Virus record (IMG/VR): IMGVR_UViG_3300045747_000527
Coordinates: 32,001 to 96,000 of that record
Reading direction: 5' to 3' (one strand)
Source of the DNA: a virus
DNA: 64,000 nucleotides
The translations under genes and the position numbers were made by a program. The notes below the pieces were generated by a model, which searched no databases, was not told the DNA's origin, and was given only the letters and a program-made list of their open reading frames with translations. Of this stretch, positions 1 through 8,184 are shown piece after piece (position 1 is the stretch's first letter; every line of letters begins with the position of its first letter).

Positions 1-460
1 TTGCCGTATCTGGCGGCATTGTGAGGCCTTGTTCCGTGCGCCCGTACGCCAGGATGTTTCTGACTAAGGAACCGGCAACCAATGGGTCCGAAGACAAGCT
101 GGGAGAAAGGTGTCGGACGGACTGAAGGACCATCTCCACTTCCCTAGGATCTTCCTCCTTCAGAGAAGGATGAGCCTGCATCATGGCTGAGTGTTCGGCA
201 CGATGGTGTAGCCCACTGGTCGCAGCGTCGTACAGAGAGTCGCCGCCCTTACCAAGCAGGGAAACGCCGCCCACTATGCCCGCCCCAAGTGCGCCGTTAC
301 CTGTCATCTTGCCCGCGTTATACGCAAAGCGCTCACCTGTACCCGGCACGGCCTTCTTGAGCGCACCAGGCAGATCTTTCTCCGCCCCCAAAGTCAGCCC
401 ATGTTTCAAGGCATCCCAGACGCCCGCTTCCTTCAGGAAATCCTCAACTGGATTGCTCAT
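1..460 (-). CDS. Gly/Ala-rich putative internal virion protein with K-x-A motif (3' end runs off window)
   Basis: Manual translation from ATG at 460: MSNPVEDFLKEAGVWDALK...LSPSLSSDPLVAGSLVRNIL..., open to base 1. ATGA overlap with the stop of the 457-807 ORF. Not in the ORF track. Confidence 0.7.
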   Translation of the reverse strand, partial: MSNPVEDFLKEAGVWDALKHGLTLGAEKDLPGALKKAVPGTGERFAYNAGKMTGNGALGAGIVGGVSLLGKGGDSLYDAATSGLHHRAEHSAMMQAHPSLKEEDPREVEMVLQSVRHLSPSLSSDPLVAGSLVRNILAYGRTEQGLTMPPDTA

Positions 461-807
461 TGGTAATACCCTCCTTGATCTCCTCCACCAGACAGCCGCG
501 CCCGGACGGCCTGGACTGGGGAAGAGCCTACAACTTTGCCTGCTCCGTACATTGCTCCGGCATAGGGAGCTAGTCGGGCTGCGCCGCCAGCAGCACGCCC
601 GAGGCGGCTACCAGTGCCCTCCAAGTGTTCCGCGACTGCTGTGGAGCCTTTGCGCCCAGCCTCCCAGAGGTGGCCAGCTCCTTTGGCCGCAGTGCCTGCG
701 GCGGAGGCCCCATGGCCCAAGATGCTTTTCACAGCCGCGCCAAGACCGGGGGCTTCGGCGATCTTCTCGAACTCACTCAGGAACCCAGCAACTGTTACTC
801 GATCCAT
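457..807 (-). CDS. Small Gly/Ala-rich putative internal virion/ejection protein with K-x-A motif
   Basis: GGAGA RBS. N-terminal FLSEFEKIAE followed by an amphipathic G/A-rich body. Confidence 0.65.
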   Translation of the reverse strand: MDRVTVAGFLSEFEKIAEAPGLGAAVKSILGHGASAAGTAAKGAGHLWEAGRKGSTAVAEHLEGTGSRLGRAAGGAARLAPYAGAMYGAGKVVGSSPVQAVRARLSGGGDQGGYYQ

Positions 808-816
808 TGTGTCTCC

Positions 817-866
817 AGATCATGACACGCTACGGCTACTACCACTGTAGCCGAAGTGCATCAAAT
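817..866. repeat. Palindromic site A (copy B is inverted at 53028-53077)
   Basis: AGATCA TGACACGCTA CGGCTAC [TACCACT] GTAGCCG AAGTGCATCA; 43/51 identical to the reverse complement of 53028-53077. Confidence 0.9.
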
Positions 867-1799
867 TGCGACCCCTGAGATCGCCTTGTTCGTGAGTTTG
901 ATCTGCTCCTGCACGTCACTGATCGCGAGGTCAACCACGCGCACAGCCTGTGCTGCTTTAGTGAAGGCAGCGAACTTCACGACCAAGGGATGCTGTGGAT
1001 TCGGGATACGCCCAGCATGCGCGCGCTTCTCGATGGGTACACCACGCAGAGACCGGCCGATCTCTTCGGCAGAGTGACCGTGTTTTCCGAGATAGTCCTC
1101 TAGGTGCGCCGCGGCCTGCTTCACGTGTGCCTGGTGCTGGCTAACCGCCCCACAGGCGTACAGCACCTCAGCCAAACCGCAGGTGCCATCCATCATCGCT
1201 TGTTCCGCTGTCTTGGCGAAATCAGTGGAGATATCATCGAACACCAACTGGGCACCGGTCTTCATGGACACCAGCTCATCCCGAACGCCCTCCAAAGAGA
1301 GCTTGGTGTCCAACAAATCATCCAGGGGGTTGGCGTGCTGCTGATGCTGAGGTTGGGCAGAGGCAGTCTTGGATAGCTGCTCAGCCTGATGCTGGAACGC
1401 TTGGGCCAGGACATCCATCTCGCCAGCATGGCGAAAATCAGGGGAAGCCTTCTTGTAGTCCGAGCTCTCGGTGAGCAGGGTGGGGGAAGAGCCATCGTTC
1501 AGGTCCTGCAGTACCCTGGCTGGGTTCGCTGGCCCACCTTCGAACGTGACATTTCGCACGTTCCCGGACTTCTCGAAGGCCGCGAGGTACGCCGTGGTGT
1601 TGGCGAATTCACAAACCCGCTTGACCTGCTCTGGAGCCAAACAAGCGGTCTTGACGACCTCCACGACAGCCTCTGTGAGGGGCGTTCCTGCCCCGGAGTA
1701 CATGTCTGCTGCCTGTTTGCCAAACTTCTCAAGTTGATCTGGGTCTATGGCGCGTGCCTTCTCTTGTTGCGCCAAGCCCAGTGGTAGAGGTTCGCTCAT
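861..1799 (-). CDS. Putative virion protein with multiple K-x-A motifs
   Basis: ORF track 861..1838; the ATG at 1799 follows AAAGGGG. Motifs GKQAA, SKTAS, AKTAE, EKRAH, TKAAQ. Confidence 0.7.
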   Translation of the reverse strand: MSEPLPLGLAQQEKARAIDPDQLEKFGKQAADMYSGAGTPLTEAVVEVVKTACLAPEQVKRVCEFANTTAYLAAFEKSGNVRNVTFEGGPANPARVLQDLNDGSSPTLLTESSDYKKASPDFRHAGEMDVLAQAFQHQAEQLSKTASAQPQHQQHANPLDDLLDTKLSLEGVRDELVSMKTGAQLVFDDISTDFAKTAEQAMMDGTCGLAEVLYACGAVSQHQAHVKQAAAHLEDYLGKHGHSAEEIGRSLRGVPIEKRAHAGRIPNPQHPLVVKFAAFTKAAQAVRVVDLAISDVQEQIKLTNKAISGVAI

Positions 1800-1840
1800 G
1801 TGTGTCCCCTTTGGGTATATGATATCTGGTGAGGCCAAGA

Positions 1841-2350
1841 ATGGGAAGTCATGACGATGAACTAAGGCAGTTGGAAAGCAAGGTGTCTGTTTTGGAGAAG
1901 CAGGTCACCTTCCTACTGAAGGTTAACGGGTTCCACCTCTCTGAGATGAGGAAGATATCAGACGAAGCCCTCCTAAGGCTATACCAGGACTCCGTACACG
2001 TGATTTCTGTCATCCGAAAGGGCGTGGCACTGGAGATAGTGGAGCATTGGGCTGAAATCTTCCTGCAGCTATCCGAGGTCGAGATGGTTCGGCTGCAGCC
2101 CATAGTAGGGTTTGATCACACCTGGGAGCCCTTCTACGTGCTCTGCATCAAGCTGATGACCCAGGTTCGAACCTGTGCGGAAATCAAGACCAGCACTCGG
2201 GTTCAACAGTTGTTCTCCTTGCTGGAGAAGGGCCGGCAGGGGCTACAGGCCTGCGGAGTGATGATGTGCCGCAAGTTCCAGGATACCCTTACCGACACCG
2301 GCCGGGCCCTCATCAAAGACGGCGATTTGATGGCCTTTTTGCCTGCCTAG
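1841..2350 (+). CDS. Hypothetical protein with N-terminal coiled coil
   Basis: GAGG RBS. Heptad-like LRQLESKVSVLEKQVTFL. Upstream GGGTATATG resembles the plus-strand promoter core. Confidence 0.6.
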   Translation: MGSHDDELRQLESKVSVLEKQVTFLLKVNGFHLSEMRKISDEALLRLYQDSVHVISVIRKGVALEIVEHWAEIFLQLSEVEMVRLQPIVGFDHTWEPFYVLCIKLMTQVRTCAEIKTSTRVQQLFSLLEKGRQGLQACGVMMCRKFQDTLTDTGRALIKDGDLMAFLPA

Positions 2351-2400
2351 GCCGATCTGGTTAAGGACCTCTTTTGGGACCCCCAGAATAGGGCCGTTTG

Positions 2401-2430
2401 TGAAAAACGGGGGGCAAACGTGGGTATAAG
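2401..2430 (+). promoter_or_regulatory. Phage promoter motif, copy 1
   Basis: TGAAAAAcggggggcaaacgtgGGTATAAG, intergenic, upstream of ORF 2480. Confidence 0.7.
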
Positions 2431-2479
2431 TATTATGATCCAGAAGAACACTTATCTGGAACCACCACAAGGAGCCCCC

Positions 2480-2686
2480 ATGGAAAACATCGAGATTCAA
2501 CCTGGACACGGATTCTTCTCCCACATCGTCGGCACCAACAACGTCAACGGAACGACCTCGAAGGTCGCCAACGTCGCTGGCCGTGCAGCTCTCGTAGGCG
2601 CCGCGGTCTACGGCGGCATCAAGCTGTTCAGCAAGGACGAGCCGGTGGCCCTGGACGTGACGGTCGGCGGCTTCGAGCCGGCGTAG
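2480..2686 (+). CDS. Small single-pass membrane protein (stand-alone unit)
   Basis: GGAG RBS at 2471. Hydrophobic AALVGAAVYGGIKLF. Has its own promoter motif and terminator. Confidence 0.6.
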   Translation: MENIEIQPGHGFFSHIVGTNNVNGTTSKVANVAGRAALVGAAVYGGIKLFSKDEPVALDVTVGGFEPA

Positions 2687-2692
2687 GAAGAT

Positions 2693-2716
2693 GGGCCCAC
2701 AGGGGCCCTTTCCTTT
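2693..2716 (+). terminator. Intrinsic terminator
   Basis: GGGCCC-ACAG-GGGCCC followed by TTTCCTTT, just after the stop at 2686. Confidence 0.7.
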
Positions 2717-4550
2717 AGCCCAAGTTCTCCGAGAGCCCTGACTCCTGCACAGGCAGGATGATGTCATCCCTGCGGGTAACCAAAATGGACGCCAATACGC
2801 AGAGCAGGATGGCGTGAAAAGCATCGTCCGTCTTACCTGGTGGCTTCTTGAACTCGTTCATCCTCAGCCGGTCATTGTACTCCGTGAAGATGTTGAGAAT
2901 GTCCTGGCCGTGGGGATTCTGAAAGTCTTCCCAGCAGGGCAGATCAATCTTCTTTGCCTTCATGGCGTTGAAGATGTCGCTCATGATTTCTGTGCGGTGG
3001 CACATGTATCTGAGAAGGCTCGCATCCCAATAGATCTTTTTGCGCTGCCTCGGATTGTACTGGTACTTTGCCACGCGCCGCGGACCAAAGGCCTTGATGA
3101 GCTTGTCGTTCTGGTAGTGACCTCCACCGTAGTCGGTGCCGGTTACCTGGACGTTCAGCTGGCTCAGAATCTGGATGATGCTGTCCAGCTGCTTCTCGGG
3201 GTCCAAGTCTCGTCCCATGAACCGGTGAATCCAGAAGATGGTGAAGTTTCCAGTCCCCAAGTACCCGCCAAGCGCGATGGTGGTGTATGACGCCCGCTCT
3301 CCCGGACCCCAGTCGATGCCGGCGAATATTTGCCTGCCTTGGGCGAGCTCTCTGAACGCCTCGATGTCCACCAGCCGCACCGATGGGTTGCAGATGGCCT
3401 GCAGCTGAGCCCGCGTAATAGGACGAACGCCGGAGTCGTAGGACATGCCCAGCTTCTCGTTCATAAACTGGGCGCGCGAGTACTGCTCCTGTGCTTGAAG
3501 AACCTCTCCCCAGTCAACCCAGGGGACCATGATCTGAGGAATGCGGTAGCCCTCAAATGTGATCTTATCCGTGTTAGCTTCCGCGGGATTCATCGAAGCC
3601 CACATCGCCTGCGGATGCCGAGCTGAGATGAGGTTGCCGCACTTGTCACAGATAAGGCCCTCCTTCCCGATGCTCCGCTCCGTGAGCACGTTCCAGTGCC
3701 AAGTACTGGAGTCGTTGGGACCACCGTGCCGCTCGCAGGGGACCACCCACTCGTTTTGGGTCGAGAATTCGGACCAGTAGTGCTGGATGGTGTTGTCTAC
3801 AGACTTGGGCGTACCGGAGTAGAGGAACAGCTTGTAGCTAGAGTGGAAAGCGCACTGCTCGATGACGGGGATGTTGTCCACCATGATATCTTGGATCTCA
3901 TCGATAAGAACCAAGTCAGCCGGGATACCACGGACACGGTCAGCCGTGAGGTACGCGTACCTAAGTCTGATCTGAGAAAAGTTGATGAACTTCTTGAAGA
4001 AGACGGCTTGGTTTGCTGAGGAGGCGGTGTACGCCTTCAACATTGGCGACGCATCGATAACGTCCTTGATACGGTCATTCGAGAAGACCTTCGCCTGTTC
4101 CGCGGAAGGTGCTACGTACAGCGACCGAAAGTTGTTGGTCAAAGCTGAGTAGCACAAAAGCCGGTTGCCTAGCGTAGTTGATTTCTCGATCTGACGTCCG
4201 CACATAAGCAAAAGCTTCTTGGCGTCAGTATCGTAGATTTTCTGGAGGTACTCCCGCCCCTTGAATGAGAAGTCCGTCACGCGGCCAGCCTCAGGGACTC
4301 TGATGGCTGTCTCTGCAAACTGCGAAGGGGAGACTGAGATCAGCGCATCCTCGGTAGACTCATACGCATCGAAGGCCACCTCCTGTTCCGCCAAGAGACT
4401 CTCAGCAAAGTCCGGGTCATACTCCGGGCTGTCTACGTCGAACACAGAGAAGTCAACGTAAGGGGAGGGCTCTCCTGTGTACGAAGATCCTAGTTTCGTG
4501 TAACGCGCACCTGCCTGTGTTCTGACGCTGTCAAGAGGGACGATGGCCAT
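2715..4550 (-). CDS. terL: Terminase large subunit
   Basis: Walker A-like CGRQIEKST, Walker B RGIPADLVLIDEIQD, motif III SGTP, nuclease-domain FAGIDWG and DDAFHA, Cys cluster as in GpA-type terminases. Confidence 0.85.
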   Translation of the reverse strand: MAIVPLDSVRTQAGARYTKLGSSYTGEPSPYVDFSVFDVDSPEYDPDFAESLLAEQEVAFDAYESTEDALISVSPSQFAETAIRVPEAGRVTDFSFKGREYLQKIYDTDAKKLLLMCGRQIEKSTTLGNRLLCYSALTNNFRSLYVAPSAEQAKVFSNDRIKDVIDASPMLKAYTASSANQAVFFKKFINFSQIRLRYAYLTADRVRGIPADLVLIDEIQDIMVDNIPVIEQCAFHSSYKLFLYSGTPKSVDNTIQHYWSEFSTQNEWVVPCERHGGPNDSSTWHWNVLTERSIGKEGLICDKCGNLISARHPQAMWASMNPAEANTDKITFEGYRIPQIMVPWVDWGEVLQAQEQYSRAQFMNEKLGMSYDSGVRPITRAQLQAICNPSVRLVDIEAFRELAQGRQIFAGIDWGPGERASYTTIALGGYLGTGNFTIFWIHRFMGRDLDPEKQLDSIIQILSQLNVQVTGTDYGGGHYQNDKLIKAFGPRRVAKYQYNPRQRKKIYWDASLLRYMCHRTEIMSDIFNAMKAKKIDLPCWEDFQNPHGQDILNIFTEYNDRLRMNEFKKPPGKTDDAFHAILLCVLASILVTRRDDIILPVQESGLSENLG

Positions 4551-4551
4551 G

Positions 4552-4580
4552 CGAAACTCTTTCGAAAAGTGGGGTATAAG
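4552..4580 (+). promoter_or_regulatory. Phage promoter motif, copy 2 (abuts the terL start on the opposite strand)
   Basis: CGAAActctttcgaaaagtggGGTATAAG. Confidence 0.65.
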
Positions 4581-4585
4581 ATCAA

Positions 4586-4712
4586 TAGCAGGGAGAACTA
4601 CTCCTCTGCATGAACCGCAGGAGATGATGATGGAACACTCTAAGGCCGCTCAACTGAATACGCAGAGTGAAAAACATCATCCCAGCTTGGCCGGCGAAAG
4701 CCGGCTTTCATT
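4586..4712 (+). ncRNA. Candidate small structured RNA (alternatively a 32-aa peptide, 4624-4722)
   Basis: Lies between the promoter motif and the GCCGGC-GAAA-GCCGGC-TTT hairpin (4690-4708). Internal stems 4588-4609 and 4636-41/4664-69. An AGGAG plus ATG-opened 32-codon ORF is also present. Confidence 0.4.
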
Positions 4713-4716
4713 AGCC

Positions 4717-5217
4717 CTATGACAGTTGGCTGAACAAGCGGGACATCAGCATGTCCTGCGCTGTCGCAGTCCAGGCCGTAGGAAGAATGGGCTTGGCCAC
4801 TACCACGGACCAGCTGTCTACCTCAGGATCGAAGACCACCTTCGGTGTCTCTCGAAAGAATGAAGAGAACTCGTGCTGCAACTTTTCCCCTATGCCGCCC
4901 CACCAGGGGTACTTGGATAGGTGCTCCGTCAACTGGTCGTCTAGCTGGGCCAGCCGCCTAGGATTATCCGGAGATTGACTGGCCTCCTGCAGCGCCTCTG
5001 CGACCAGGCGCTTTCTCTCAACATGATAGATGTGGAAGATCAATCTGTTGCCACGCTCGGTGTACTCCACCAGAAGATTCCCCTTCTGCATTGGGGTGAA
5101 CACTGGCACGGAGTTGGCAAGTTTCCGGGCGGACGTTAGATCTTGTGGGGCCGTGGCCAAAGCCGCAGCTCCGCGTACCTCGTGGTGCGTGAGTGGCACC
5201 CTCGATGCATGGGACAT
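4717..5217 (-). CDS. Hypothetical protein
   Basis: AGGAGG RBS; co-oriented with the structural operon. Confidence 0.65.
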   Translation of the reverse strand: MSHASRVPLTHHEVRGAAALATAPQDLTSARKLANSVPVFTPMQKGNLLVEYTERGNRLIFHIYHVERKRLVAEALQEASQSPDNPRRLAQLDDQLTEHLSKYPWWGGIGEKLQHEFSSFFRETPKVVFDPEVDSWSVVVAKPILPTAWTATAQDMLMSRLFSQLS

Positions 5218-5226
5218 GTGTACCTC

Positions 5227-6126
5227 CTACGGTTCTTCAAGCAGTCGTGTTGATTGCGTTTCGCCAGTCCCTGCTCCCGACTGACTGTAGTTTAGCTTGG
5301 CCACTTCTTCGATAGACGGCACGGGTTTCGTGTTCTTATTCAGTCTGAATTTCTCGAAAGCTGTGAGTACGTCCTTCAGTGCCACGTCACTCTGGCGCAT
5401 TTCAGCTTCCGCAGAACACACCACCTTCATGTACTGGGACATGGTCCTGGAGTGCAATTCTCCAGCTGGCTGCCGCTCTATCTCCAGCAGCTTCATGAAC
5501 GCCACGTCCCTGATGCGTCTTGAAACAGAACCAGACGTGATGTTCGGGGGCGGGCCAGACAACCCGGTCACCCACGGCACGATCATATTTGCTGTGTCTG
5601 GTGCAGCCCGTACGATGGATTGAGCTGCCCCGTTTGGCTTGCGCTCATCCAGCAGTGACATCCACTCATCATCGGTCAGTAAGATCTTATTCCAGAAGTA
5701 ATGGCCGTACGTAGCCACGCCGTCGGGGGTCAGACTGATCTTAAAGTACTTGTTCAGCTGGATAGTCGCATCCTCCACCCTCATGGGAGAGAGCAGCAGG
5801 TCTTCCGTCAACGCCCGGACTCTTGGCTCCCCAAGGATGCGATATGCCTCCTGCACAGGCTCAGTGGGGTACCACAGGTCATGGATACCCTTGCGCTTCA
5901 TCCATTGGCGCGTGACCAGGTGGGCGTCCTTGTCTTTCTTCTTTGGCACCGCGGCGAACGGCTCGGGGTACGGCTCAAGGCTCAACTGTACCTTCTCAAG
6001 ATACCTGCCTGTTGGGTAGGCTATCTCGTGGTCATCGAGGACTCCCTCGATGGTGTCCACATCATGTTCGCGCCTTGAGAATAAGAAGCGAATAAAGTAT
6101 TCGGCCGGGGACCTGCTGAACGCCAC
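5227..6126 (-). CDS. Hypothetical protein (position compatible with a packaging/terminase small-subunit role)
   Basis: 299-aa helical ORF two genes upstream of terL. The function is a positional guess only. Confidence 0.55.
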   Translation of the reverse strand: MAFSRSPAEYFIRFLFSRREHDVDTIEGVLDDHEIAYPTGRYLEKVQLSLEPYPEPFAAVPKKKDKDAHLVTRQWMKRKGIHDLWYPTEPVQEAYRILGEPRVRALTEDLLLSPMRVEDATIQLNKYFKISLTPDGVATYGHYFWNKILLTDDEWMSLLDERKPNGAAQSIVRAAPDTANMIVPWVTGLSGPPPNITSGSVSRRIRDVAFMKLLEIERQPAGELHSRTMSQYMKVVCSAEAEMRQSDVALKDVLTAFEKFRLNKNTKPVPSIEEVAKLNYSQSGAGTGETQSTRLLEEP

Positions 6127-6135
6127 GGTAGCCCC

Positions 6136-8184
6136 CTACTGTGCGTCGCTGTCTACTGTCTTCAGCCCCGCCACCACTTTGTCTAGGTGAACAAGAGACC
6201 GCTGGATGGCGCCCTCGTCTACAGAGTGGAGCCCAAGTCTGGCCGCGACTAGCAACTCTGCCAGCCGGCGGATGACGGTCTCAATCTCAGGGATGTAGCT
6301 GGCGAACACAGCCACGTTCTCGGGGGTGATGAACCCGAGAGACAGTATCTTGTCCACCGCAATAGGATCGTCGATGGCCGTCGCCTCTTTGAGAAGGATG
6401 TGGTCCGTGCCGCCCCGAACAGCAGACACTTTGTTGACCACCGCTTCGGCTACCTTGGGCATTCCCGTCGGCGCCATCGCCACAGGGCGTGCCTTGAACC
6501 AGCCATCGTAGCTACCCTTCTTCCGCATAGAAGACAGGTCTGCTGCGAACTTCACCGGGTCCTGCCCCAGCACCGCACCCAGGAAGATAGCCTCGTCTTT
6601 GGAGACATCGTTGGTGCGCAGAACACCAGCCAACTTGTCGATGGGCTGGCCGTCAAAGGAGAACCGCCTACCGTCTTGATCGGTGAACACGCGCACAGCC
6701 ATGGGAAGAACACGTGCCTGGGCCACCTTGCTAGCCTCGTCCACGGCCGCCTCTTCCGTAGGCCCGCCCATGATCTCTACGTCCTCACCCCAGGGGGCGA
6801 ACTTAGCCTCAGCAGGGACACCAAACGTGGTGGCATCGATCTGAGAAACCGCCTGCAGACCTGGCACCTTGCGCACCAGAAATTGCTGACCCATGCTGTC
6901 CGTGCAGCGGAAAGCCAGGGCACCGCCCATGACGACGGAACCATCCACAGAGACTGGCGCCAAGGCAATTGGCCCATCAGGTGCCTCAAAGTAGAAGACG
7001 CCCTCACCCACTGGCGGAACGTCCAAGGGCTGCTCCGTAGTCTCCAGGGGGGAGCCAGCCATGCCGCTACCCATCGCGGAGAACTCACCATCCGTGAAGA
7101 GCATGGTGGACAGCTCGCTACCATCCCAGTCCACTACGTGGGGGAATACCCACCCCGTCAGCGCCATGTTATCCGGCTGTGCACTCACCCGGTATTTGCC
7201 GAACTGCTGGATGAGCTGGAAGGGCTCGGCCTGTGCCAGGTCTTGCTGCTGCTCTGGTGGACCCGCGGTGGCCTGGCCGTTTTGGTCTGCTTCGTTGACC
7301 ATCTCCGGGCCCAGGGCCTGGGTAGCCTCTGGCCGTGAGACATCAGCCTGCGCCGGGGGCGCCATAGAATCAGGATTTGCCATCTTGATCCTGTACCCTT
7401 CTGCCAACTTCAGAAGTTGAACGACAGTACGTTCGCCAACTTCCAGTGCACCGGCAGAGGCCACTTTACGTGTCCCCTCACCTGCATGCATGAGGGTCTC
7501 GATAAAGTGCGCCATGGCCCCATTGTGCACAGCCGCGTGTCCTATGGCCGCGTCCTTCTCCAACAAGCCGATCATGGAGGCCACGTCCGCGCGCTGAACG
7601 GACGGCATGAGCGCGTCCATGAGATACTCAGGCTTAGCCGAACCCTCTTTGCTCGCACCTGACGAACCGATGTCCGCCATGAGGGGACCGCGGGCACCAC
7701 CGTACTGACGATGAGGCGGGTAAAGCTGTTCGATCATACTCATATCGCCAGGCCGCTCACGCACAGCCTCGAATAGCTGCGGGCGGAACATGGCACGGCG
7801 CAGACGCTCTTCTGTCAGCGGCTCGGTCTTGCCGTCAGAGAGGAGGAGGTCCAAGGGCTTCATCCTGCCATCCTGTACGATGACTGGGATGCACGCCTTC
7901 TGACTTCCCTTGAGCGCGGCAGGTGTCGAGTCATCCCGCGGGTTGATGGCGAGCTTGTTGCTCAGCTCCACCTGTCCCAGGGCATACCGCCTGTCTGCAT
8001 CCACCGTGGGAAGGACCACCTTGGGGCTAAAGTCGCTGGTATAGGGCACCTGGCGCAACAGTTCGTCGAGAATCTGTGTCGGCCAATCGTTGGGGTCCTC
8101 GCTCAGCATGACTTCCATGCCCAGCTTTTCAAACTTCAATTCCGTATCGAGGTATAGCTCCATGTGATCCCTCTCGTTAGTCAC
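6136..8184 (-). CDS. Large putative virion protein with multiple K-x-A motifs
   Basis: 682 aa; FEKLG, RKVAS, SKVAQ, DKLAG, PKVAE, LKEAT. Confidence 0.7.
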   Translation of the reverse strand: MTNERDHMELYLDTELKFEKLGMEVMLSEDPNDWPTQILDELLRQVPYTSDFSPKVVLPTVDADRRYALGQVELSNKLAINPRDDSTPAALKGSQKACIPVIVQDGRMKPLDLLLSDGKTEPLTEERLRRAMFRPQLFEAVRERPGDMSMIEQLYPPHRQYGGARGPLMADIGSSGASKEGSAKPEYLMDALMPSVQRADVASMIGLLEKDAAIGHAAVHNGAMAHFIETLMHAGEGTRKVASAGALEVGERTVVQLLKLAEGYRIKMANPDSMAPPAQADVSRPEATQALGPEMVNEADQNGQATAGPPEQQQDLAQAEPFQLIQQFGKYRVSAQPDNMALTGWVFPHVVDWDGSELSTMLFTDGEFSAMGSGMAGSPLETTEQPLDVPPVGEGVFYFEAPDGPIALAPVSVDGSVVMGGALAFRCTDSMGQQFLVRKVPGLQAVSQIDATTFGVPAEAKFAPWGEDVEIMGGPTEEAAVDEASKVAQARVLPMAVRVFTDQDGRRFSFDGQPIDKLAGVLRTNDVSKDEAIFLGAVLGQDPVKFAADLSSMRKKGSYDGWFKARPVAMAPTGMPKVAEAVVNKVSAVRGGTDHILLKEATAIDDPIAVDKILSLGFITPENVAVFASYIPEIETVIRRLAELLVAARLGLHSVDEGAIQRSLVHLDKVVAGLKTVDSDAQ

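Noticed and set aside
183-878. 231-aa plus-strand ORF at the window start
   Set aside because: Antisense shadow of the minus-strand K-x-A genes. Its only informative part is the peptide match to ORF 53004-53186, which reflects the DNA palindrome repeat.
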